Below are positions 43,684-56,700 of a stretch of DNA of 64,000 nucleotides, piece after piece. Position 1 is the stretch's first letter. Every line of letters starts with the position of its first letter. Made by a program: the position numbers and the translations under genes. Source of the stretch: the human T2T-CHM13v2.0 reference genome, Homo sapiens; the NCBI RefSeq assembly GCF_009914755.1, contig NC_060940.1; one strand, given 5' to 3'. The notes under the pieces were generated by a model. The model saw only the letters and a program-made list of their open reading frames with translations, was not told where the DNA came from and did no database searches.

Positions 43684-46600
43684 GTTCCACAGGTTTCCAT
43701 TCGATGACGTTTCCGTTCGTGTCCATTCCATTATTCCATTCTATTTCATTTGATGATGATTCCATTCGATTCCATTCATTGGTGATTCCACTCAATTCCA
43801 TTCAATGATTCCATTCCATTTCTTTCAACAATGATTCCATTAGTTTCTATTCGATGATCCACTTGATTCCATTTGGCGATGATTCCATTCGTGTCCATTC
43901 GATGATTCCATTTGATTCCATATGATGATGATTCCATTCGATTCCATACCATGATGATTCCATTCGAGTCCATTCAATGGTGATTCCATTCAATTCCATT
44001 CGATGATTCCTTCCGATTCCATTCGATGATGATGGCATTCGATTCCTTTCAATCATTCCCTTTGATTCCATTCAAAGGTGATTTCATTCAAGTCCATTCG
44101 ATAATTGCATTCGATTCCATTCTATGATGATTCCATTCGAGTCCATTTGATGATTCCATTCAATTCAAGTCAATGATGATTCCATTCGATTCCACTCGAT
44201 GATTCCATTGGATTCCATTCGATGATGATTCCATTCAAATCCATTCGATAATTCAATTCAAGTCCATTCGATGATGATTCCAATCGAATCCATTCAAAGA
44301 TTCCATTCAATTCCATTCGATGATGATTCCCTTAGATTCCATTCGATGATTCCACTTGATTCCATTTACGATGATTCCATTCGATTCCATGTGATGAATC
44401 CATTCAATTCTATTCAATGATGTTTCCATTTGATTCCATTGGACCATGATTGCCTTTGATTCCATTCAATGATTCCATTCGGTTCCATTTGATGATGATT
44501 CCGTTCGATTCCATTTCATTATTCCATTTGATTCCATTGGATGAGTCCATTCGATTACATTCGATGATTATTCCATTCGAGTGCATTAGATGATTGCATT
44601 CGAGTCCATTTGATGATTCCATTCGATTCCATTCGATGTTGATTCTGTTCAAATCCATTCGATGATTCCACTCGATTCCATTCGATGACTCCATTTGATC
44701 CCATTCGATGATTTCCTGTGATTCCCTTTGATGATCATTCTATTTGATTCAATTCGGTGATTTCATTTCATTCCATTCAGTGATGTTTCCATTCGACTGT
44801 ATTCGATGATGATTCCATTCGACTCCATTCGATTATGATTTCATTCAATTCCATTCAATAATGATTCCCTTCGAGTCCATTCGATGATTCCATTCGATTC
44901 CATTCAACGATGATTTGATTCGTTTCCATTCGATGATTCCATTTGATTCCACTTGATGATGATTCCATTCGAGTCTATTTATGTATTATATTCGTGTCCA
45001 CTTCATGATTCCATTCAATTCCATTTAATGTTGATTCCATTTGATTCCATTTGATGATTCAGTTCGATTCCTTGCAATGATTCCCTACGATTCCTTTCTA
45101 TGAGGATTCCATTAGATTCCATTCATTTATGATTTCATTCGACTCCATTCGATGATGATTCCTTTCGATTCCATTTGACGATGTTTCCATTCGAGTCCAT
45201 TCGATGATGATTCTATTCAATTCTGTTCTATTATGATTCCATTCGATTTCATTCAATGCTTCTATTTGATTCCATTCGATGATGATTCCATCTCTTTCCC
45301 TTCGATGATTCCATTTGATTCCATTCAGTGATGATTCCATTTGATTCCATCTGATGATGATTTCACTTGATTCCTTTCAATGATGATTCAATTCAAGTCC
45401 ATTCGATGATTCCATTGGAGTCCAAACGATCATTCCGTTCGATTCCATTCAATGGTGATTCCATTCATGTCCATTCGATGAATCCATTCAATTCCATTCG
45501 ATGATGACTCCATTCGAGTACATTCGATGATTCCATTTGATTCCATTTGAAGATGATTCCATTCAATTCCATTCGAAGATGATTCCATTCAATTCCATTC
45601 GATGATGATTCCGTATGAATCCATTCTCTGATTATTCCATTTGATTCCATTCATTGACGATTCCATTCAATTCCATTCAATGATGATTCTCTTCTATTCC
45701 ATTCGATGATTCCGGTCGATTCCATTCGATGATGATTCCATTAGATTCCATTCGATTGTTGCATTCGATTCCCTTCGATGATGATTCCTTTGAATTCCAT
45801 TCGATTATCATTCCGTATGAATCCATTTGATGATTATTCCATTGGATTCCTTTCGATGATGATTCCATTCGATTCCATTTGATGATGTTTCTCTTGTATT
45901 CCATTGGATAATTCCTTTCAGTTCCCTTCGATGATTATTCTTTCGAGTCAATTCGATGATTCTATTCCATTCCCTTCGATGATGATTCCATTTCACTCCA
46001 TTGGATGATTCCATTCGACTCAATTTGGTGATGATTCAATTCGATGACATTCGATGACTCCATTCAATTTCATTTGATGATGATTACATTCGAGTCCATT
46101 TGATGATTGTATTCCTTTCCTTTTGATGATTATTCCATTCGTGTCTATTCAAAGAATCCATTCTATTCCATTCAATGATGATTGCATTTGATTCCATTCA
46201 ATGAATATGGCTATCGATTCCACTCGTTGATTCCATTTGATTCCGTTCGATGATTATTCCGTTAGATTCCATTAGAAGATTCCATTCGATTTTATTCAAT
46301 GATTCCAATGGATTCCATTCAATGATGATTCCATTCGACTCCATTCAGTGATTCCATTCGAGTCCATTTGATGATTCCATTCTTTTCCATTTGATGATGA
46401 TTCCATTAGGGTCCATTCAATGATTCCATTCGAGTCCATTCGTTAATGCCTTTCGAGTCCTTTTGATCACTACATTCGAGTCCATTCAATGATTCTATTC
46501 GATTTCATTCCATGATGATTCCATTCGAGTTCATTCGATGATTGCATTCGAGTCCATTTGATGATTCCATATGATTCCATTCGTGTCCATTTGATGATTC

Positions 46601-47758
46601 CATTCATTTCCTATCGATGAAGATTCCATTCAAGGGTATTCGATGATTCCATTCAAATCCATTCGATGATGATTCCATTCCAGTCCATTCGATCATTCCA
46701 CTTGATTCCATTTGATGACTATTCCATTCAAATCCATTTGATGATTCCATTCGATTCCATTCGATGTTACCATTCGAGTATATACGATGATTCCACTCGA
46801 TTCCATTTGATGATTATTCCATTGGAGTCCACTTAGTGAATCCTTTAGATTCTACTCGAAGATGATTCCATTCGAGTCCATTCGATGATACCATTCAATT
46901 CCATTCGTTGATGCTTCCATTCAAGTGCATTCGATGATATCATTCGATTCCATTTGATGATAATTCCATTTGATTCCATGCGATGATTCTATTCGATTCC
47001 ATTCAATGATAATTCCATTCAATTCAGTGATTCCTCTGGACTCCATTTGATGATGATTCCATTCAATGATTCCATTCGATTCTATTCCAAAATGATTCCA
47101 TTTGAATCCATTTGATGATGATTCCATTGGATTCCATTTGATGATTCCATTCGATTCCATTCGATGATGATTCCATTCGATTCCATTTGATGATTCCATT
47201 CTATTCTATTCGATGATGATTCCATTCGATTCCATTCGATGATGATTGGATTCGATTCCATTTGATTCCATTCGATAATGATTTCGATCAATTCCATTCG
47301 ATGATTCCATTCGATTCCATTCGATAATGATTACATCCGAGTCCATTCGATGATTCCATTTGAGCCCGTTCGATAATTCCATTTGAGTCCAATCAATGAT
47401 TCCATTCATTTCCATTCAATGATTCCATTCGAGTCCATTTGATCATTCCGGTAGGGTCCGTTCGATGTTGATTCCATTGGAGTGCATTCGATGATTCCAT
47501 TCGAGTCCATTTTAGGATTTGATTCGAGTCCTTTCGATGATTCCATTCGATTCCACTCGATGATTTCATTCGAGTCCATTCGACACTTCCAATCGATTCC
47601 ATTTGATGTTTCCATTCGATTCCAATTGATGATTCCATTCAATTCCATTCGATGATGATTCCGTACGATTCCATTCTGTGATGATTCCATGTGATTGCAA
47701 TCAATGATGATTCCTTTCGATTGCATTCGATTATGATTCATTTCGTGTTCATTCTATG
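43684..47758 (+). repeat. Variant HOR unit of 4,075 bp containing the long alternative HSat2 block
   Basis: Marker spacing 43684->47759. Canonical sequence equivalent to ~20600-24440 is replaced by ~1.8 kb of different HSat2 sequence. Confidence 0.85.
44971..46790 (+). repeat. Alternative (non-canonical) HSat2 block, long copy
   Basis: 44971-45872 matches 1051-1952 (offset 43920). 45873-46790 appears single-copy in the window (e.g. CTCTTGTATT, ATGAATATGGCTATCG, CGTTAATGCCTTTCG, CAAGGGTATT). It rejoins the canonical unit at TTCCACTCGATTCCATTTGATGATTATTCCATTGGAGTCCACTTAG. Confidence 0.85.
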
Positions 47759-50700
47759 GTTCCACAGGTTTCCATTCGATGATGTTTCCATTCGTTTCCA
47801 TTCCATTATTAGATTCTATTCCATTTGAAGATGATTCCATTCGATTCCATTCATTGGTGATTCCACTCAATTCCATTCAATGATTCCATTCCATTTCTTT
47901 CAACAATGATTCCATTAGTTTCTATTCGATGATCCACTGGATTCCATTTGACGATGATTCCATTCGTGTCCATTCGATGATTCCATTTGATTCCATATGA
48001 TGATGATTCCATTCGATCCCATACCATGATGATTCCATTCGAGTCCATTCCATGGTGATTCCATTCAATTCCATTCGATGATTCCTTTCGATTCCATTCA
48101 ATGATGATGGCATTCGATTCCTTTCGATCATTCCCTTTGATTCCATTCAAATGTGATTTCATTCAAGTCCATTCGATAATTGCATTCGATTCCATTCTAT
48201 GATGATTCCATTCGAGTCCATTTGATGATTCCATTCAATTCAAGTCAATGATGATTCCATTCGATTCCATTCGATGATTCCATTGGATTCCATTCGATGA
48301 TGATTCCATTCAAATCCATTCGATAATTCAATTCAAGTTCATTCGATGATGATTAAAATCGAATCCATTCAAAGATTCCATTCAGTTCCATTCGATGGTT
48401 CCTTAGATTCCATTCGATGATTCCACTTGATTCCATTTACGATGATTCCATTCGATTCCATGTGATGATTCCATTCAATTCTATTCAATGATGTCTCCAT
48501 TTGATTCCATTCGACCATGATTGCCTTTGATTCCATTCAATGACTCCATTCGGTTCCTTTTGATGATGATTCCGTTCGATTCCATTTCATTATTCCATTT
48601 GATTCCATTGGATGAGTCCATTCGATTACATTCGATGATTATTCCATTCGAGTGCATTAGATGATTCCATTCGAGTCCATTCGATGATTCCATTCGATTC
48701 CATTCGATGTTGATTCTGTTCAAATCCATTCGATGATTCCACTCGATTCCATTCGTTGACTCCATTTGATCCCATTCGATGATTTCCTTTGATTCCCTTT
48801 GATGATCATTCCATTTGATTCAATTCGGTGATTTCATTTGATTCCATTCAGTGATGTTTCCATTCGACTCCATTCGATGATGATTCCATTCGACTCCATT
48901 CGATTATGATTTCACTAAATTCCATTCAATAATGATTCCCTTCGAGTCCATTCGATGATTCCATTCGATTCCATTCAACGATGATTTGATTCGTGTCCAT
49001 TCGATGATTCCATTTGATTCCACTTGATGATGATTCCATTCGAGTCCATTTGATGATTCCATTCAATTCCATACTCCGATGATTTCTTTTGAGCCCACTC
49101 AATGCTTCCACTCGATTCCATATGATGATGACTCCATTCGATGAAATTCGATGATGATTCCATTCGCTTGCTTTCGATGATGATTCCACTTGAGTCCGTT
49201 AGAAGATTCTATTCAATTACATTCCATGACGATTCCGTTCGAGTCCATTTGATGATTCCATTAGACTCCATTCGACGATGATTCCATTCGATGTTATTCG
49301 ATGATTCCATTCGATCTCATTCGATGATGATTCCATTCAACTCCATTCGATGTTTCCATTCGAGTTCATTCTATTATTCCATTAGATTCCATTCGATGAT
49401 GATTCCATTCAATTCCTTTCAATGTTTCCATTCAATTCCATACGATGATGATTCCATTTGATTTGATTCGACAGTGAGCCATTCGATTCAATCCCATGAT
49501 GATTCTATTTGATTCAATTGGTTGACATTTCCATTCGATTCCATTCGATGATGATTCCCTTTGATTCCGTTCAAAGATGATTCCATTCTAGCCCATTCAA
49601 TCATTCCATTCGATTCTATTCAATGATGATTCCATTCATGTCGATTTGGTGATTCCATTTGACTTCATTTGATGATGATTCCTTTCAAGTTCATTAGATG
49701 ATTCCATTCGATTCCATTTGATGATGATCCCATTCGAGTCCATTCAGTGATTCCATTCGTTTCCATTCCATGATGATTCCATTCCTTTCCATTCAATGAT
49801 TCCATTCGATTCCGTTTGATGATGATTTCATTCGAGTCCATTTGATGATTCCATTTGATTCCATTCGATGATGATTCCATTCGAGTCCATTCGATGATTC
49901 TATTCGAATCCATTTGATGATTTCTTTTGATTATATTTGGTGATGATTCCATTGGAGTCCATTCAATGATTCCATTCTATTCCAATCGATGATGATTCCA
50001 TTAGAGTCCATTTAATGATTCCATTTGATTCCAGTCTCTGATGATTACATTCGAGTCCATACGATGATTCCACTCAATTCCATATGATGATGATTCCATT
50101 TGATTCCATTCGGTGATTCCGTTCTATTCTATTCAATGGTGATTCCATTCGAGTACATTAGATGATTCCATTCGATTCCATTCATTGATGATTCTATTTG
50201 TGTCCCTTAGATGATTCCACATGATTCCATTAGATGATGATACTATTTGAGCCCATCCAATGATTCCCTTCGATTCCATTCGATGAGGATTCCATTCGAT
50301 TCAATTCATTGGTGATTCTATTCAATTCAATTCTTTGATTCCATTCCATTCCATTCGACAATGATTCCATTCGATTTCTTTCGATGATTCCACTCGATTC
50401 CACTTGACATTGATTCCATTCGATTCCATTCAATGATTCCATTTGATTCCAGTGGATGATGATTGCCATCGATTCCATTCGATCACTCCATTCTATTCCA
50501 TTTGATGATGATTACATTCGATTCCATTTGATGATTCCATCTGATTCTATTCGAGGATTCCATTTGATTCCATTCGATGATGATTCCATTCGAGTCCATT
50601 CGATGATTTCATTCGAGTACATCCAATGATTCCATTCGAGTCCATTAGATGATTCCATTTGATTCCATTTGAAAATGATTCTACTAGAGTCCATTCAATG

Positions 50701-53700
50701 ACTCCATTCGAGTCCATTCAACAATTCCATTCGACTCCATTCGATGATTCCATTCGATTCCATTTGATGGTTCCATTCGAGTCCATTTAATCATTACAGT
50801 CGAGTCCATTTGGTGATTCCACTGGATTTCTTTTGATAATGATACCATTCAATTACATTTGATGATGATCCCATTCAATTTCATTTGATGATGATTCCAT
50901 TAGAGTCCATTCGATGATTTCATTCGAGTCCCTTCATTGATTCCATCCGATTTCATTGGATGATGACTCCATTCGAGTCCATTCGATGATTCCACTCGAT
51001 TCCATTAGATGACTCCATTGGAGTCCATTTGATTGTTCCATTCGATTCCATTTGATTCCTTTCGAAGATTATTCCATTTGAGTCCATTCGATGATGATTC
51101 CATTCCATTCCATTCCATGATTCCGTTTGATTCCATTCGATGATTCCCTTCGATTCCTTTCTTTGATGATTCCATTCCATTCCATTCAATGATTCCATTC
51201 GAATCTATTCCATGATGATTCCTTTCGATTCCATTCGCTGATGTTTCCGTTCAATTCCATTCGATGATGATTCCATTCGATTCCATTCATTGAGGATTCC
51301 ATTTGATTCCATTCAATGATGATTCCATTCTATTCCATTCAATGATTGCATTCAATTCCATTCAATGATTATCCCATTAGAGTAAACTCAACGATTCCAT
51401 TCAATACCATTCGATGATGATTCCTTTTGAGTCCATTCAATGATTTCATTCAAGTCCATTTGATGATTCCTTTCAATTCCATTCTATGATGATTCCATTC
51501 GAGTCCATTCGATGATTCCATTCGATTGCATTCGATGATTCCATTATATTCCAGTCAACGATGATTCCATTCGAGTCCATTCGATGATTCCATTAGAGTA
51601 CATTTAATGATTGCTTTGTTTTCAATTCGAAGATGATTACATTGGATTCCATTCTATGATACCATTCGATTCCATTCAATGATGATTCCACTCAAATCCA
51701 TTGGATGATTCCATTCGTGTCCATTCGGTGATTTCATTAGATTCCATTCGAGGATGATTCCATTCGATTCCATTCGATGATTCCATTCAATTCCATTCGA
51801 TGATGATTCCATTCCAGTCCATATGATCATTCCATTTGATTTCATTCGATGATGATTCCATTCAATTCGATTCGACGATTCCATTCTATTCCATTCGATG
51901 ATGATTCCATTCGAGTCCATTCGATGATTCCATTCGAGTCCATTTAATGATTCCATTGGGTTCAATTCAATGATGATTACATTGGATTCCGTTCTATGAT
52001 TCCATTCAATTCCGTTCATTGACAATTTGATTCCATTCGATGATGATTCCATTTGAGTTCATTCGATGATTCTATTCGATTCTCTTCGATGGTGATTCAA
52101 TTCTATTATATTGGATGATTCCATTCGATTCCATTTGATGTTGATTCAATTCGATTCTATTCGATGATGATTCCATTGGATTTCACTTGATGATTCTATT
52201 CGATTCCATTCAATGATGATTCACTTCTCGTCCATTGGATGATTCCATTTCATTCCATTCGATGATGATTCCATTCGATTCCATTCGATGATTCCATTTG
52301 ATTCCATGCGACGGTGAGCAATTCGATTCAATTCCATGATGATTCTATTTGATTCAATTAGATGATGTTTCCATTCGAATCCATTCCATGATTATTCCAT
52401 TGGAATCCATTCAGCGATGATTCCATATGAGTCAATTCAATGATGATTCCATATGGGTCCGTTCGATGATAATTCCATTTGATTTCATTCGATGCTTCTA
52501 TTCTATTCCAGTCGATGATGATTCCGTTGGAGTCCATACGATGATTCCATTTGATTTCATTTGATGATGATTCCATTCGATGATGATTACATTGGATTCC
52601 ATTCTATGATTCCATTCAATTCCATTCGTTGATGATTCGATTCCATTCAATGATGATTCCGTTTGAGTTCATTCGATGATTCTATTCGATTCCGTTCGAT
52701 GGTGATTCAATTCTATTATATTGGATGATTCCACTCGATTCCATTTGATGATTATTCCATTGGAGTCCACTTAGTGAATCCTTTAGATTCTACTCGACGA
52801 TGATTCCATTCGAGTCCATTTGATGATACCATTCAATTCCATTCGTTGATGCTTCCATTCAAGTGCATTCGATGATATCATTCGATTCCATTTGATGATA
52901 ATTCCATTTGATTCCGTGCGATGATTCTATTCGATTCCATTCAATGATAATTCCATTCAATTCAGTGATTCCTCTGGACTCCATTTGATGATGATTCCAT
53001 TCAATGATTCCTTTCGATTCTATTCGAAAATGATTCCATTTGAATCCATTTGATGATGATTCCATTAGATTCCATTTGATGATTCCATTCGATTCCATTC
53101 GACGATGATTCCATTCGATTCCGTTTGATGATTCCATTCTATTCTATTCGATGATGATTCCATTCGATTCCATTCGATGATGATTGGATTCGATTCCATT
53201 TGATGATTTCATTTGATTCCATTCGTTAATGATTTCGATCAATTCCATTCGATGATTCCATTCGATTCCATTCGATAATGATTACATCCGAGTCCATTCG
53301 ATGATTCCCTTTGAGCCTGTTCGATAATTCCATTTGAGTCCAACCAATGATTCCATTCATTTCCATTCAATGATTCCATTCGAGTCCATTTGATCATTCC
53401 GGTAGGGTCCATTCGATGTTGATTCCATTGGAGTGCATTCGATGATTCCATTCGAGTCCATTTTAGGATTTGATTCGAGTCCTTTCGATGATTCCATTCG
53501 ATTCCACTCGATGATGATTTCATTCGAGTCCATTCGACACTTCCAATCGATTCCATTTGATGATTCCATTCGAGTCCAATTGATGATTCCATTCAATTCC
53601 ATTCGATGATGATTCCGTACGATTCCATTCTGTGATGATTCCATGTGATTGCATTCAATGATGATTCCTTTCGATTGCATTCGATTATGATTCATTTCGT

Positions 53701-53712
53701 GTTCATTCTATG
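47759..53712 (+). repeat. HOR unit of 5,954 bp (+16, -1, -173 bp)
   Basis: Marker spacing 47759->53713. 16 extra bp at ~47779-47794, 1-bp loss near 48400, 173-bp deletion junction at 49396-49410; 6112+16-1-173=5954. Confidence 0.85.
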
Positions 53713-56700
53713 GTTCCACAGGTTTCCATTCGTGTCCATTCCATTATTCCATTCTATTCCATTTGATGATGATTCCATTCGATTCCATTCATTGGTGATT
53801 CCACTCAATTCCATTCAATGATTCCATTCCATTTCTTTCAACAATGATTCCATTAGTTTCTAATCGATGATCCACTTGATTCCATTTGACGACGATTCCA
53901 TTCTTGTCCATTCGATGATTCCATTTGATTCCATATGATGATGATTCCATTCGATTCCATACCATGATGATTCCATTCGAGTCCATTCAATGGTGATTCC
54001 ATTCAATTCCATTCGATGATTCCTTTTGATTCCATTCGATGATGATGGCATTCGATTCCTTTCAATCATTCCCTTTGATTCCATTCAAAGGTGATTTCAT
54101 TCAAGTCCATTCGATAATTGCATTCGATTCCATTCTATGATGATTCCATTCGAGTCCATTTGATGATTCCATTCAATTCAAGTCAATGATGATTCCATTC
54201 GATTCCATTCGATGATTCCATTGGATTCCATTCGATGATGATTCCATTCAAATCCATTCGATAATTCAATTCAAGTCCATTCGATGATGATTCCAATCGA
54301 ATCCATTCAAAGATTCCATTCAGTTCCATTCGATGATTCCCTTAGATTCCATTCGATGATTCCACTTGATTGCATTTACGATGATTCCATTCGATTCCAT
54401 GTGATGATTCCATTCAATTCTATTCAATGATGTCTCCATTTGATTCCATTCGACCATGATTGCCTTTGATTCCATTCAATGATTCCATTCGGTTCCGTTT
54501 GATGATGATTCCGTTCGATTCCATTTGATGATTCCATTTGATTCCATTGGATGAGTCCATTCGATTACATTCGATGATTATTCCATTCGAGTGCATTAGA
54601 TGATTCCATTCGAGTCCATTCGATGATTCCATTCGATTCCATTCGATGTTGATTCTGTTCAAATCCATTCGATGATTCCACTCGATTCCATTCGTTGACT
54701 CCATTTGATCCCATTCGATGATTTCCTTTGATTCCCTTTGATGATCATTCCATTTGATTCAATTCGGTGATTTCATTTGATTCCATTCAGTGATGTTTCC
54801 ATTCGACTCCATTCGATGATGATTCCATTCGACTCCATTCGATTATGATTTCATTCAATTCCATTCGATAATGATTCCCTTCGAGTCCATTCGATGATTC
54901 CATTCGATTCCATTCAACGATGATTTGATTCGTGTCCATTCGATGATTCCATTTGATTCCACTTGATGATGATTCCATTCGAGTCCATTTGATGATTCCA
55001 TTCAATTCCATACTCCGATGATTTCTTTTGAGCCCACTCAATGCTTCCACTCGATTCCATATGATGATGACTCCATTCGATGAAATTCGATGATGATTCC
55101 ATTCGCTTGCTTTCGATGATGATTCCACTTGAGTCCGTTAGAAGATTCTATTCAATTACATTCCAGGACGATTCCGTTCGAGTCCATTTGATGATTCCAT
55201 TAGACTCCATTCGACGATGATTCCATTCGATGTTATTCGATGATTCCATTCGATCTCATTCGATGATGATTCCATTCAACTCCATTCGATGTTTCCATTC
55301 GAGTTCATTCTATTATTCCATTAGATTCCATTCGATGATGATTCCATTCGATTCCATTTGATGATTGCATTCTATTTCATTTGATGATGATTCCATTCGA
55401 GTCCACTCGATGATTCCATTCGAGTCCATTTAATGAATCCATTGGTTTCAATTCTATGATGATTACATTGGATTCCATTCGTTGATGATTTCATTCGGTT
55501 CCATTCCATGATGATTCCATTCCTTTCCATTCAATGATTCCATTCGATTCCGTTTGATGATGATTTCATTCGAGTCCATTTGATGATTCCATTTGATTTC
55601 TTTCGATGATGATTCCATTCGAGTCCATTCGATGATTCTATTCGAATCCATTTGATGATTTCTTTTGATTATATTTGGTGATGATTCCATTGGAGTCCAT
55701 TCAATGATTCCATTCTATTCCAATCGATGATGATTCCATTAGAGTCCATTTAATGATTCCATTTGATTCCAGTCTCTGATGATTACATTCGAGTCCATAC
55801 GATGATTCCACTCAATTCCATATGATGATGATTCCATTTGATTCCATTCGGTGATTCCGTTCTATTCTATTCAATGGTGATTCCATTCGAGTACATTAGA
55901 TGATTCCATTCGATTCCATTCATTGATGATTCTATTTGTGTCCCTTAGATGATTCCACATGATTCCATTAGATGATGATACTATTTGAGCCCATCCAATG
56001 ATTCCCTTCGATTCCATTCGATGAGGATTCCATTCGATTCAATTCATTGGTGATTCTATTCAATTCAATTCTTTGATTCCATTCCATTCCATTCGACAAT
56101 GATTCCATTCGATTTCTTTCGATGATTCCACTCGATTCCACTTGACATTGATTCCATTCGATTCCATTCAATGATTCCATTTGATTCCAGTGGATGATGA
56201 TTGCCATCGATTCCATTCGATCACTCCATTCTATTCCATTTGATGATGATTACATTCGATTCCATTTGATGATTCCATCTGATTCTATTCGAGGATTCCA
56301 TTTGATTCCATTCGATGATGATTCCATTCGAGTCCATTCGATGATTTCATTCGAGTACATCCAATGATTCCATTCGAGTCCATTAGATGATTCCATTTGA
56401 TTCCATTTGAAAATGATTCTACTAGAGTCCATTCAATGACTCCATTCGAGTCCATTCAACAATTCCATTCGACTCCATTCGATGATTCCATTCGATTCCA
56501 TTTGATGGTTCCATTCGAGTCCATTTAATCATTACAGTCGAGTCCATTTGGTGATTCCACTGGATTTCTTTTGATAATGATACCATTCAATTACATTTGA
56601 TGATGATCCCATTCAATTTCATTTGATGATGATTCCATTAGAGTCCATTCGATGATTTCATTCGAGTCCCTTCATTGATTCCATCCGATTTCATTGGATG

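Noticed and set aside
1-43943. Exact 43.9-kb segmental duplication
   Set aside because: The match holds only for about the first 1.95 kb. Downstream structure differs, with a different exit point and different unit lengths (5971/3226/4350 versus 5954/5738).
44971-46790. Transposon or viral insertion explaining the anomalous block
   Set aside because: The block keeps the ATTCC/GATGAT pattern throughout and shows no poly(A) tail, terminal repeats or target-site duplication. It replaces canonical sequence rather than interrupting it.
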